NCBI RefSeq assembly: GCF_006345805.1 | Contig: NC_043001.1 | Span: forward strand, 73,842,001-73,906,000 | Reading direction: 5' to 3' | DNA length: 64,000 nucleotides | DNA from: Octopus sinensis | Lineage: Eukaryota | In this document: one piece after another, positions 1 through 12,210 of the stretch | Position numbering within the stretch: position 1 is the first letter of the stretch | Layout: the number at the start of each line of letters is the position of its first letter | The notes under the pieces: model-generated | Database searches by the model: none | Told to the model about the DNA's origin: nothing | The model's input: only the letters and a program-made list of their open reading frames with translations | Position numbers and translations under genes: made by a program

Positions 1-94
1 CCGCTTTTGATTTAGCAATGTGTATATGTATCTACTCTTGCAATGTGATAAACATTTAAAAACACAAAACAAACGCCGTCACCACTCAGTTTCT

Positions 95-98
<4 letters not shown>

Positions 99-134
<36 letters not shown>
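99..134. repeat. (CT)n microsatellite
   Basis: Direct dinucleotide run. Confidence 0.95.
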
Positions 135-140
<6 letters not shown>

Positions 141-1324
141 CTCTCTGTCCTCCTGTCTCTCGCGTTGCTACTTCTGTGAAGCGTGACGCACACAACAGGT
201 ACATACAAAAACAAGCGTATTAAAATTATTGATAATAAAATGCTTGTAAATATCTAAAATAGTGGCACTTGCTGGAGAAGATAAACCACTGCACAAAATT
301 TGCCATTTTTTGTATTTAGATAATCAGCTGTTTTAAAAATAAGAAATGAAAGATTAAAATAAAAAATGGTCGTAGACCTCCTGCTCTAAATTGCTGAAAT
401 AACCCCGTGATTCAAATAATACCGCTCGCTATGTATAATAGAATAAAACAAATTATGTTGACCGTGAAATCAAAGAAAAAAAATTACCAAGAGTTATTTC
501 CCTTGGATAACTTCAAATATTGTCATTAAATTGTTTCACTCTTTATCAAAACTGTTTGTTGGATGCGAGGCTGTCAGACAGTTACTAACGGAATAATTGA
601 TTTTGAGTTCCATCTTAGATTCTCAGTTCAAACTGCCCCTTGAACTTTTAAAAATCTAATAGCATAGAATAGGCTTGAAAAGCACGCAGATTTAATCTAC
701 ATGTAAAATTCTTTAAATCACTGAGGACTTTGTAGGTAATAATAATAATAATTTTATTCACATACTTTGTTTTGCTGTATGTTATTATTCAGCCCAAGAT
801 TAAATAGTTGTGTTGCTGTTTAATACTCCGTGGTCATCTTCAATCCTGCTCCTTTTAATCAAAAATGCTCTAGCTTTTACACCCCACTTTTTTTGTTGTT
901 GGCAGAGTGCATCTATGACTATGTTTAGTATTATTTTTTAAGAGTATAGGATTTATTCTAATGGAGATTTAGCTGCTATTTCTAGCAGCTATGTTGAGCT
1001 TCTGTAATTGGATCAAGAATGGGAAATTGGTTTCAGGGATTTTCTTGTTTCGAGGAAGCCTCTTTGTGGTTGCTTATCCTGTTAGAAATAGCAGCCAAAT
1101 TTTCCTCATATCACATCCTTATATATTTTAATGCGAGAGAGAGAGAGAGAGAGAGATAATGTAGTCCCAGATATAGTGCATCCAATAAAATGAGATGGAA
1201 TGGTCACAGCTGGAATGTCTAGGTTGGCACATAGTTAATTTATTTGTTTATTTGAAGCTGTGATTCTACGTTCAAATCACATTGCAATCAATGATGCTCA
1301 TCATCTCTTCAGATTCACACTTTA

Positions 1325-1808
1325 TCATCGTCATCATCATCATCAACATCTTTTAATGATTCTTTTTCATGCTGGCAAAGATGGCAAAGCTGGAGAACTG
1401 CACCAGGTTTCAGTCTGTTGTAGCATGATTTGTACAGCTGGATGCCCTTTCTAAAACCAACCACTTTACAGTGTATGTTGGGTGCTTTTAATGTGATACC
1501 GGCATTACTACTTTTATGTGGCACCAACACTACTGCTTCTTATGTGGTAACTGCACAAGACACTTGCAGGTCAATTGTCTTCCCTAGGGTGTTTGGCTTT
1601 AACACTCCTGATGTGGAAGACGTGTCTTCTTGAGTACAGCAAGGCACCGGGTATCTCGGTCCTTTGTCATCTTGTCTGAAAGGTTCAGTATCCTGAGGTT
1701 GTCCTTTGGTACCTTGCCCTATGTCTTCTTGGGTCTCCCTCCTCCATGAGTTCCATCCACTTTGAGAAATCAACACTTCTTTATGGAGCTGTTGGTATCC
1801 ATCCATAC
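1325..1808 (-). mobile_element. 5'-truncated RTE-clade LINE 3' end: degenerate ORF C-terminus plus 3' module ending in (GAT)n
   Basis: 1630-1808 is homologous to the RGRPKKTW-encoding segment at 35243-35450; 1325-1560 carries CTGGATGCCCTT...ACCAACCACT and a (CAT)n tail on the plus strand. Confidence 0.7.
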
Positions 1809-2015
1809 ATTAATAGAAATTATTTTTTGAGGTTTGTTTGCAGCTCCAGGTTGTCAGTGGTGATATAATGATCATTGGTAAATTTTAAAAGCAAAGTTTT
1901 CAGGGATGTATAAACATTTTTATTTATTTATTAAAACGCAAATTAGATAATTACTTTTACTCCAGAAATGAATAACAAACAGTGAAGAATTATCATGTAT
2001 CCTTCACAATTTCCA

Positions 2016-2350
2016 GATGCAGACTTGGCTGTGTGGTAAGAAGTTTGCTTTTCAATCACATGGTTCCAGGTTCACTCCCACTGTGTGGCATCTTGGGCAA
2101 GTTTTTTCTGTTAAAACCTTGGGCTGACCAAACCCTTGTGAGTGGAGATGGAAACTGGAAGAAGTTCGCCGTGTGTGTGTGTGTGTGTGTTTGTTCCCCA
2201 CCAACGCTTGACAACCAGTGTTGGTGTTTTTGTGTTCCCGTAACTTAACGGAAAAAAAGTAGTGAGGTCGATTAGTTCAACTAAAATTCTTCAAGGCGGT
2301 GACCTAACATGGCCGCGGTCTAATGACTGAAACAAGGTAAAAGATAAAAG
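2016..2350 (+). mobile_element. tRNA-derived SINE, family A with tail B (near full length)
   Basis: A-box-like TGGCTGTGTGG, B-box-like GGTTCACTCCC, internal (GT)n, tail ending GACTGAAACAAGGTAAAAG; homologous to 10447-10827. Confidence 0.8.
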
Positions 2351-2605
2351 ATGAGATATATTCCAAACTTGTAATTTAACTGAATTTTGTCCAACACAGC
2401 TAGATAATTTACGTTAATTACGAAGTATTAAGGAGTTATCTCCCTTAATCTTAAAAGAGGAAAAAACCGCAAAACTCTGCGTTGTCTTGCGTTTTTGTTG
2501 CTCTTCTATATTCATCATGTCACACTCCATTCCATCTTTTGATCAATGTTACATCAACAAAATGCCACTACACATGTACACACACACGCCCGCACACACG
2601 CAAAA

Positions 2606-2752
2606 CAGGTTTCTTCAGTTTCTGTCTACTGAATTGACTCATAAGGGTTTGGTTGATCTGGGGCTGTAGTAGGAGATACTTGCCCAACAATGAAACTAAA
2701 CCCAAGACCACATATTTGGGAAGCAGACTTCTTTACCACACAACTCTACCAG
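2606..2752 (-). mobile_element. SINE family A head
   Basis: Reverse complement of the family A head (CTTCAGTTTC...TACCACACA). Confidence 0.7.
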
Positions 2753-3404
2753 TGCCTGTCGAGATTTCTGATTTGATGATGTGTTATTGGCTGTGTTGTT
2801 GTTTTTGTCTGTGTTCAAAGTATCAACAGCATCCCATCTGCTTAGGTGTATCTTGGACTATATTACCTGATGTATTGTTCCCTTTTCTAAGATGGCAGGA
2901 TGTGATTTGAGGGGAATGTGGTTACCGTTTCATGCAAGTTATGTGACCACATAAAGGCTCCTTTGTTGGTTTGTTGTTTCTTTGTTATTTGCATGCGTAT
3001 TGTATTCTGGTGAAGTTATCAATTTGACAGTTTGAATTGTAGTTGCTATTATATTTTATTTTAGAAAACATATTTTTTTATAAGGGAGTTAGATTGGCTA
3101 TTCAGTACCTACCACCACTGCCATCACAGCTGCTGCAATTACCTACCACAATTACCACCACCACTACTGCCACCATTTCTATGCCTGTTTTCCCATGCTT
3201 GCATGCATTGCACAAATCCGTCTCCAACATGGTACCCCACCACTTGTTGTGTTCCTTTGTGAGGTTCAGCTTCCTGAGATCAACCTTCACCACTTTTGCC
3301 CATATTTTCATTGGCCTTCCTTCTTCCACAAGATCTCCTGGCACTTCTTCAACTATCTCTCATCATCCATATACAGCATATGACTATGCCAGTGTAACTA
3401 TTAA

Positions 3405-3618
3405 CTCTTTTGTTACTGTATTTATTTTGAAATGCACTGTGTTTCTCTTAGTTATTTTAGCTATATCAAAGAATTTAGTAAAATAACTTAGTTATCATTA
3501 AGCTAGTGTTAGGAACATTAATTGTGATTAAGGTTTGGTGGAAGATTTTAATTTAAAACTTATGAAAACAAGACATTTGTACTAACAGAGCCAGAGTTGG
3601 TTTCAGCCAGATTGGTAA
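3405..3618. mobile_element. piggyBac-like MITE, partial
   Basis: Begins TTAA-CTCTTTTGTTAC (TTAA target plus CCCTTT-type end); the other end is degraded. Confidence 0.45.
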
Positions 3619-4254
3619 TGTGTCAGTTCTTATTTGGCATTACTATCCTCTTAGACACTTTCAGAGAACCGTGTTTTGCTTGTATGTTCTAGTTTTGATG
3701 AGGTTTCTACAGCTAGATACCCTTATTAATGCCACCCACTATAACGGAGCCTATTTAGTGCATTTTGTTGTAGTACCATCATTAGAGAAGTTGTCATACC
3801 ATTAGAAAGGTTAAAGCATCCTATCTATATTGATTCTATTTACCAGTCACTTTCGTATGGCACCAGCATATTTGTATGGTTGTCTTGTTCCCTGCAAGAC
3901 TGAAAAGTTGTCTTTGTGTGTTCAAAGCAGACATGACTGAAAAGGTGGGTAAAAGACAGAGATGCCAGAGAGAAATAATCTGGAGGAGAGAGCTAAAGGA
4001 GAGAGAGTATAAGTATGATGGGAGAAACAGATTGGTAGGGAAGAGGAGTGAGGGAAGGGGCATGATGTATGTCAGTAGTGATTGGAAGAAGTAATGTGAG
4101 AGAGCATGAAGGATTGGGGGATATTAACATATGCATAGCGTGTGTACGTACATGCACATGCATATCCTAGCCCTTCTGCATCTGGCACAAAACTACCTCA
4201 CTCAATGCAACCTCCCACCTCTTGAGGGGTCTTGTCTTGCAAGTTATTCAGTGA

Positions 4255-4400
4255 CCTCACAAGTGCTGGTAGACACTGTTTAGTGGTTGCTACCAGAGAG
4301 AGCATCCAGCTGTAAAAACCATGTCAAGCAGATGCTGGAGCTCAACATAGTCCTCTGGATTATTGGATCTTGTCAAACCATCCAACTCATGCCAGCATGG
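4255..4400 (+). mobile_element. RTE 3'-end module (family R), degenerate
   Basis: GTGGTTG...GCATCCAGCTGTAAAAACCATG...CATGCCAGCATGGAAAA. Confidence 0.65.
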
Positions 4401-5130
4401 AAAAAAGGATTGTAAATGAGAGGATCATATATAAATATATGCACTGGACTCCTGAAAAGTTTCCCTCCATTAAATTCCACTTGCAAGGCATTGATCAACT
4501 TAGTTACATTATTGGACACCTATCCAAGATGTTATACAGTAGGGAAGGTCTTAGAACGACATGATTATGTTTGTGCTTTGTTGTTTGTAACTATTTTTAT
4601 TAGAAACTTAATAAAGTGCAGTTGTGCTGTTGGATATATGCATGTGTGCATGCATGTAACTCTTGGTTAAGACTTCAGGCTGTGCTACTTTTGACTGTAT
4701 TGCCTCCAGGAAAAGCACCCATAAATCCATTATCATGGTTGAATAATTATAGGCAGAACGTCTAAGCTGTTAAATTATTTTCCCCAGCTTAACCAAATCT
4801 CCAAATTTAATAGAGCTCTTTCTCTCATACTAGCATTGAGTCAATGTGTGTGTAAATCAGTACTAAAATAAAGCACTAATGTAATGTGGGTGATATAAAA
4901 ATATTATTTGTTTTGTGGAATTTAATTCATTCAAAATTTCTATATATTTTTTATCCAGTTTTGAGATGATTGCTGTAAGAGAAATCTAATATTTAGATTC
5001 CTTAAGTAAAGAAATAATAATAGAATAATTCAAGTAATGGAAGTTTTATAAGCTTTTTAAGTTTCTTGCTTTGATAATCAGCAAGTTATGTATGTTTAGA
5101 GCACCCATAAAATATATATATACATATATA

Positions 5131-5612
5131 GGCACATGTATGGCTGCATATATTGGTGCAACAGTGGCTGAGAAGCCACTGTAACTGAGAAGCTTGCTTC
5201 CTGACCATGTGGCCTCAGGTTCAGTCCCACTGCACAGCACCTCGGGCAAGTGTCTTCTCCTTTAGCCCCAGACTAACCAAAGTCTTGTGAGTGGATTTAG
5301 TAGATGGAAACTGGAAGAAACCTGTTGTATATTTATCTGTCTGTCTATGTTCCTCCACATTGTGTGTGTGCACCCTTGCCTTGACATCATGTAATGGTTG
5401 TAAATGAGCATCAGTTTTATACAATCAGTGTTGTTCATTTCCTGTGTTCTGTGAAAAACATCTCTGGCCATGGGGAAAATATTACCTTGCTTGGAAACAA
5501 GATGAGGGTTGGCAACAAGAAGGGTATCCAGCTGTAGGAAATCTGCCCCAACAAATTATGTCTCATCCATGCGATCATGGAAAAGTGAATGTTATAGTGG
5601 TGATGATGATAG
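5131..5612 (+). mobile_element. SINE family A with RTE-like tail (A2)
   Basis: Head GGTTCAGTCCCACTG, core GTGAGTGGATTTAGTAGATGGAAAC, tail GAAGGGTATCCAGCTGTAGGAAA...CATGGAAAAGTG...(GAT)n. Confidence 0.75.
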
Positions 5613-6557
5613 AAAATGCACAAGCAACCTAGGATCTTTGAAGACATTCCTTTTAGGATCTTTTACAATAGCAAGTTTAGTTTCATTTCAAATAGACTTA
5701 GACAATTAGTCTTTCTATGAAACAGATGTTGTTTTAGGGTGTTTTTGTAGCAGTTCCTTCCCCTGCTTTACCTATGCCCATTTTAAGATGTTCCTGATTG
5801 ATGATCAACACAGTGGCATTTGTGGGTTGAGTTGTGGTCAGTGTGTAGCCACATTTCTCTAGGAAGATGAATGGTGTGAGTATCAAGTAGTTGAAGTTGT
5901 GAGTGGGTAGCATAAAAATGGTGAGTTTTGAGGGTCAGAAGTGTAGTGTGTGTGGTAGTGGTGGGGCTGAGCCAAAGGTTATAGAGAGGAGTGTTAAGAG
6001 AGACTAACGTAATATATTGAATGTGTTTATTTGGATGTTAGCCAAAATGTACTTGTGTAATTGTGTGTATTGATCCTGGTGTGTGAGTTTGTATAATAGT
6101 GTGGAATGTATGTAATAGGGTGAATGTAGATGTGTGCGTGTAATATATCAAACCTTTATGTGTGAAATAGTAAGAGTATTGTGCCAATTGTATATGAGTA
6201 GTGTACCAGATGTGAGTGTGTGTGTGTGTAATATGTGTAGAGTTTTGATCTAGATGTGCAATCAAAAATGGTTTAGCTGGTGGAGCTAAATCATCAATTT
6301 TATACAAGTACTAGTCAAGTACTGTGGTTGATGAAATTGACTACACCCTTCCCTCAAAATTTCAGACCTTATGCCTATAGCAGAAAAGGTTTAGAATTAT
6401 TCCTTGCCTTGAGATGACAATATTCAATTTAAATAATAGTTGCTTCATGTTATAAGTATGTGTTTGTTTTATTATTTTGGTAGTATTCTTCTACTTCCTA
6501 TTTGTCATCTGTTATCATTTATCTGAAATAGAATCCAATTTTTTTGTGTATTTTCAG

Positions 6558-6607
6558 ATGGAGCAGCCTCAAAAGCTGGGGTGCAACAAGGGGATAAAAT
6601 TATCAAG
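6558..6607 (+). CDS. ARHGEF12: Internal coding exon of an RGS-RhoGEF (ARHGEF12/LARG-ARHGEF11/DRhoGEF2 orthologue), PDZ domain middle part
   Basis: Acceptor tttttgtgtattttcag| and donor |gtgagt. 50 nt, phase 1 to 0: (G)AT GGA GCA GCC TCA AAA GCT GGG GTG CAA CAA GGG GAT AAA ATT ATC AAG = DGAASKAGVQQGDKIIK, matching the PDZ motif G.A..AG...GD.I..VNG and the recalled human LARG stretch DGAAMRAGVQTGDRIIK. Confidence 0.9.
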
Positions 6608-6974
6608 GTGAGTTATTTCCACAGACTGAAAACACATTTTCTGTATTAAGACAAATGAAGCTTGTGGTACATTTTTTTTAGGAATAGATCTTATGAGTTC
6701 CTGATTTTATTTATTAGAACACATAGTGGAAACTGCTTATTGTAATAACTATAGAATGAAGCCTTTTTGCTAACAACAGCTTGCTGATAGCATTAAGTAA
6801 AGGATATAACAATACATGGGCTTTTGCTTTTTACAAACAGGTAGTGTTTAATTAAAGGAGAAGTTTAGGACCCAGTAATTTTGCTAACAGTAACCTTTGA
6901 TATTTTTATCTATGAGTTAAATATATTCCTCCTTCTGCATATTTATATACATATATGTCTCATGCATCTGTTAT

Positions 6975-7145
6975 TCACTTCAGTCCTTTGGACTGCAGCT
7001 ATGCTGGGGCACTGCCTTGAAGAGTTTAGTCAAACAACTTGGACTTCCGTACTTATTTTTTAAAGCCTGGTACTTATCCTATTGGTTTCTTTTGCTGAAC
7101 CACTAAGTTTCAGGGGCATAAACAAACCTATGCTGGTTGTCATCT
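6975..7145 (-). mobile_element. SINE tail B fragment
   Basis: Reverse complement of CAGCATGGCTGCAGTC / GATAGAATAAGTAC tail of 10447-10827. Confidence 0.65.
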
Positions 7146-7164
7146 AAAGTTTGGGGACAACTAC

Positions 7165-7420
7165 AACTATGCCATATAAAGAGTACCTGTGCTGGTGCCA
7201 CATAATAAACATCCATGCCGGTGCCATGTAAAAGCACCCATGCCAGTGCTGCGTAAAAGCACCCAGTGCACTCTGTAAAGTGGTTGGTTGGTCGTTAGGA
7301 AGGGCATCTGGCCCTAGAAACCATGCCAAAACAGATAATTGGAGCCTGGACAGCTCTTGAGTAGGTCAGCTTCTCTCAAACAATCCAACCCTTTGGAAAA
7401 TGGACATTAAATAATGATGA
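7165..7420 (+). mobile_element. RTE 3'-end module (family R)
   Basis: Tandem (G)TGCC...TAAAAGCACCC units then GTGGTTGGTCGTTAGGAAGGGCATC...(GAT)n. Confidence 0.7.
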
Positions 7421-7439
7421 TATATACACACATACCCAC

Positions 7440-7598
7440 AGTAAGCTTCTTTCAGTTTCCCTCTACGAGATCCACTCACAAAGATTAGATTGGCTTGGAG
7501 CTATAGTAGTAGACATCCACCCAAAGTGCCACACAGTGGGACTCAACCCAAGACTACATGGTTGGGAAGTAAACTTCTCAACCACACACCCATGCCTA
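7440..7598 (-). mobile_element. SINE family A head
   Basis: GCTTCTTTCAGTTTCC...GTGCCACACAGTGGGACTCAACCC...ACCACAC. Confidence 0.75.
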
Positions 7599-8160
7599 GA
7601 GAGAGAGAGAGAGAGAGTGCGCGCGTGTGTGTGTGTGTTTGCAGGCAGACATGTCCTATGTGATCTGTTTCACAACCAAGTGATTTCAGGTTCATTCTGA
7701 GTATGTAGCACCTTGGGTAAGTGCCTTCAACTATTGCCCAGGGCTAAGCAATGCCTTGTGAGTGAATTTGGTCAAAAGAAACTGTATGGAGGTTTATCAT
7801 AATTGAACATACATGCTGCCATGGTTTGGATGGCTTGAAAAGATCCAGCAAGCTGGAGGACAACATTACACTTCAGAATCTTCTTGGTTGGATGCCCTTC
7901 TTAACATCTATCACTCCACAGATTGTGCTGGGTGATTTGTTTTTGTTTTTCATAGTGACAGCACCAGTGAGGTCACCATGAAAATTGCAGGACTTAAAAA
8001 GCACCCTTGGCTGAATGAAAGTGTGGCTTAAAAAAAAAAAAAAAGTTGGGGTGGTACTTTATACTAAGTGTTGAGAAGGTAAAATATGAAAGAAAGGACA
8101 GAAACAGGTATCTTGCTGTACAGGAGATGCATTGCTACCTTGCACTATATATGCTTTGTA

Positions 8161-8380
8161 AGGTGGCGAGCGGGCAGAATTGTGAGCATGCCAGGCAAAA
8201 TGCTTAGCAGTACTTTGTCTGTCTCTACATTCTGAGTTCAGATTCCGACATGGTCTACTTTACTTTTCATCCTTTCAGGGTCAATAAAATAAGTACCAGT
8301 TGAGCACTGGGGTTGATATAATCAACTAGCCCCCTCATCCCAAATTTCAGGCCTTGTGCCAATAAATAAAAGGATTATAT
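8161..8380 (+). mobile_element. SINE family M (core CTTTCATCCTTTCGGGGTCGATAAAATAAGTACCAG-like)
   Basis: Head GGTGGCGAGCGGGCAGAA, B-box GAGTTCAGATTCC, core TTTCATCCTTTCAGGGTCAATAAAATAAGTACCAG; at least 5 copies in the window. The core resembles the recalled Meta/Sauria-type SINE domain (unverified). Confidence 0.75.
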
Positions 8381-9249
8381 ATGTGTTGTGTATGAGTGTA
8401 TGCATGTATGTTCGCCTTCATCTCTCACTGCTTGACAAATGTTTTTGGTTTGTTTATGTCCTTTTAACTGAGTGTTTCAGCAAGAAGGGATTGATAAAGT
8501 AAGTACCTGACTTCAAATATGTACTGGGTTGATTTGATCAACCAAACCCTTCGAGGCAGACCTCTCTTATTTACACATGATCCCTGTCTCTGTATTTTCC
8601 TGCTTCCTATTTTTATTTTTTGTTTCATTTTTCATTCTTATCCTCCTCCTTTCTCTCACAGTCCTTATTCATGCTCTCCCTCTCCCTGTTAGTTTGTTTT
8701 CTCTGACCCTCTTTCTCTCTCCCTTTCTTTCTCACATAGATACATTTTTTCCTCCTTTTTCATTTTCTAATTTGCTTCTCACTCACCTTCTCTTACTCCC
8801 TTCTCACATCACTCCTACCATCTTTCACCCTCTCTCTTTCTCTAACACTCTCTAAATTCCACCCTCCTGTGTGCTTAAATACTACAACTGTTGAAAAAAT
8901 GTTCAATCTCTTTTTCTCTGCGGCTCTTGTACACCCAATGTAATTTTAGCTCTTACTGTATATTGTGGCTACTGACGGCTTTACTGATGATCTCATACTT
9001 TTATTTAAATCTTGTAAACATAAAAAACAGATGTTGAATGAAATCATAGTGGAATGATAAACTAAATTACTTGGGTTTAATTATTGCTAAACTTTGGCTT
9101 AAATCATTTCAGATTTTAAGACATAGTAACATGTACATATAAGTATACCTGTTTGCATGTACACATATGCACGCATGCACACACACACACACATGTATAC
9201 ACATACATGTGCACACACACACATACGTATACACAGAACTATTCAATTA

Positions 9250-9480
9250 TCATCTTCATTTTAAAATCTGTTTGCCTGTGCAGCCAGCTATGGGTTAGAC
9301 AGACTGTCACAATTTGAGCTGTTCTTATTTGGAATTACTGTGTTCATAGATGGCTCAAAGCACCGAATCTTGCTCAGACATCTCCATTTGGATGCCATTC
9401 CTATCACCAACCACTTTACAGAGTGAACTGAATATATTTTACTTTGGCACCAACACTAGAGAGAATGTTTTATCTTCAAC
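9250..9480 (-). mobile_element. Family R module, degenerate
   Basis: TGGATGCCATTCCTATCACCAACCACTTTACAG. Confidence 0.55.
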
Positions 9481-10214
9481 AAGACTAAAGGGTCCTCTCA
9501 ACCCTACATTATCTCTGCCTAATTTGCCAACCACTTCATTGTGTGAACCAGTGCATGTTATCATGGCACCAGCACCAATGAGGTTGTCTTGTAAATCACA
9601 ATACTGAATAGTCTCCACTTTGCTGAGAAGGAGATGAACAGGAAGATGAAGTTTTAAAGATAGTGATATATTTAGAAAAGTATGATGGGAGGAATATATT
9701 TATTAGTGTGAAAGGGGATTGATGATAGAGGAGTGAATAACAGTAGCTACACTGCTGGTAGGAGTAATAGAAGAGAAAAACAATAATACCAGGAGTTAGT
9801 GGGAGAGAGGCAGTGATGGTAACTACTTGTTTAATGGTAAGAGAGTGAGTGATTGATGGACAATTGTAAAGATGGGTAATGATAATAGAAGTGTGGTGTA
9901 TGCCAATGATAAGTATCTTAGAGGAGAGGGTGTGGTTAAGTGTAATGATGGGGACAATAATTCCTCATTTCATAAGGTATTGTGAGGATTAGGGTTAGAA
10001 AGCAGAGTTGAATAATAAGTAGGGTGGTGGGGTCGAATAAAGCTACACCACTGGACTTCTTGTATGTCTACAGCGGCTTTAGACATGCCTTATAGAATTT
10101 CTACCTATACCTTTCCTACATATCAAGTAAGGCCATTTCCTTCATGGAAACAGAGTGCTATCTATTGTCCAACTTACTAAAACTTTGATCTCTGACATGT
10201 GCATGTATGTCATC

Positions 10215-10400
10215 ACTATCATCATCATCATCATCATCATCCTGACATATGTTGGATGGTTTGACAGGGTTTGTTGGTCCCAATGACTACAATGTACTCC
10301 AGTGTCTGCTTTAGCATAGTTTTTATGACTTGATGATGCCCTTCCTGACAGCAACCACTTGTAGCATGTACTGGGTACTTATTTCATGCCACCAGCACTA
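10215..10400 (-). mobile_element. Family R module, degenerate
   Basis: (CAT)n tail followed by GATGCCCTTCCTGACAGCAACCACT. Confidence 0.6.
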
Positions 10401-10446
10401 AAAATGGTTGTATGTATGTATGTGTGTGTGTGCATATATATATATA

Positions 10447-10826
10447 GGCGCAGGAGTGGCTGTGTGGTAAGTAGCTTGCTTACCAACCACATGGTTCCTG
10501 GTTCAGTCCCACTGTGTGGCACCTTGGGCAAGTGTCTTTTACTATAGCCTTGGGGCAACCAAAGCCTTGTGAGTGGATTTGGTAGATGGAAACTGAAAGA
10601 AGCCCATCGTATATATGTATGTGTGTCTGTTTGTCCCCCCAATATCGCTTGACAACCGATACTGGCATGTTTACGTCCCTGTAACTTAGCAGTTCAGCAA
10701 AAGAGACTGATAGAATAAGTACTATTCTTACAAAGAATAAGTCCTGGGGTTGATTTGCTCAACTAAAGGTGATACTCCAGCATGGCTGCAGTCAAATGAC
10801 TGAAACAAGTAAAAGAGTAAAAAGAG

Positions 10827-10827
<1 letters not shown>
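10447..10827 (+). mobile_element. Best-preserved full-length tRNA-derived SINE (family A + tail B)
   Basis: GGCGCAGGAG start; A box TGGCTGTGTGG 10457-10467; B box GGTTCAGTCCC 10500-10510; tail AAGTAAAAGAGTAAAAAGAG; (TA)n on both flanks. Confidence 0.85.
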
Positions 10828-10857
<30 letters not shown>

Positions 10858-11879
10858 TTTCAAAAAATTTATCCTTATTTGGTGGCTTTGAGTTTTCTAC
10901 TGCTCTTTCTAGTACAAGGCTTTCCTATTTGGAAGCCTCTTATTGTATTTCTATATATATATTTATATATAAATGCACTCATGTATGTATTGTATGTGTA
11001 TATTTATGTTCCACACTGCCATTGCTTGATTGAAGCAGTGCTGATGTTGGTATTACTTGTTGACATTATGACCTGCTGCTCTGTGCTATTTGTAAATTTG
11101 TGGAATAATAAAATAACTTCAAAAACAGATAAGGGTTACTGACAGGAAGAGCATAGAGCCATAAAGTCCTTCTTCAAATAACTCTCCATCCAAACCCTTG
11201 CTAGTATGAAAAAAAAAACAAAAAACAGATGTTGAATGAATGATGAGAAATTGTCATGTTTTTCTGTGTTGTCTACAAAATCTTATGTTTTTTGTAATTG
11301 AGAAAACTTCTGGTGAATTTGTCTCTTCTGTTTCATTGTACATACCCTATATGATGTCATATAAAACATTTTTCATCCAAAAATGTGTCAAAAATATCAT
11401 CCTGGGTCCTATATGCAAAGTTGGACCTCCCACAAGCTTTAATACACCAAAAAAGATTTTTTTTTCTTCTCTCAATATGTACTGCTGAAATCGAAGGCAC
11501 ATCTCATATATTCACACATCTTTTTATGCACTCAAATACAGTAATTTGGTTTAGCAGTCTCCATCCCAGTCCACTGGATCATATATATTTGTTTACCACT
11601 ATTTAAAACCTATGTTTTTTTGTTTTTGTGCTATGATTTATTAAAGCACTTTTTGTTAGTCCTGTGGGCATTCCTTAACCCCTGACTCTAACCTTGACCT
11701 CAATATAAAACCAGTTTTACTCCATTGTTTCAGTTTTGTGGAAATGTCTTCAGTGCCTAAATAACATAAATGATTGTAGGTGTGGAGGAATTAAACTCAA
11801 AAAGAGCACCATAAACAATGATTGCTATTTTATCTTACTGGAATCACTGGTTAAACAGCCTAGATAAATATAAGAAGGG

Positions 11880-12210
11880 TGTAGTTGAAAAAATCAACCC
11901 AGTACTTATTTTCAAGTTTGGTATCTTATTTATTTGATTAATCTCTTTTGCAGCACTACTTTACATTACAGGGACATAAACAAACCAACAGTAACTGTCA
12001 AATGGTGGCAGAAGAGAGGGTGCACAAACATAAAGACACAAACACACAACATGCTTCCACATAGTTTCCATCAACCAAATTCAGTCATAAGGCATTGATC
12101 AACCCATGACTATATTAGAAGACAGTTGCCCAAGGTGGTGTGCAGTAGCAGTGAGATTGAACCTGACACCACTAGGTTGTAAAATGAATTTCTTAACCAC
12201 AGAGCCACCT
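11880..12210 (-). mobile_element. SINE family A + tail B, degenerate
   Basis: CCCAGTACTTATT...GGGACATAAACAAACCAAC...AGTTTCCATC...TTAACCACAG. Confidence 0.6.

Noticed and set aside
3043-3486. 147-aa ORF
   Set aside because: Driven by (ACC)n and SINE/MITE fragments; no domain signature or splice support.
6558-6640. ATG at 6558 as a start codon (MEQPQKLG...)
   Set aside because: It follows a strong acceptor, and the frame offset by two bases gives the canonical PDZ sequence.
9620-10040. Purine-rich blocks (also 3930-4110, 16240-16540, 45400-45650) as coding exons
   Set aside because: Stops in all frames; they look like decayed copies of a low-complexity dispersed repeat.
10447-10520. tRNA genes at A/B-box motifs (also 27815-28155, 46475, 50365)
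   Set aside because: No convincing cloverleaf; each continues into multi-copy SINE bodies.
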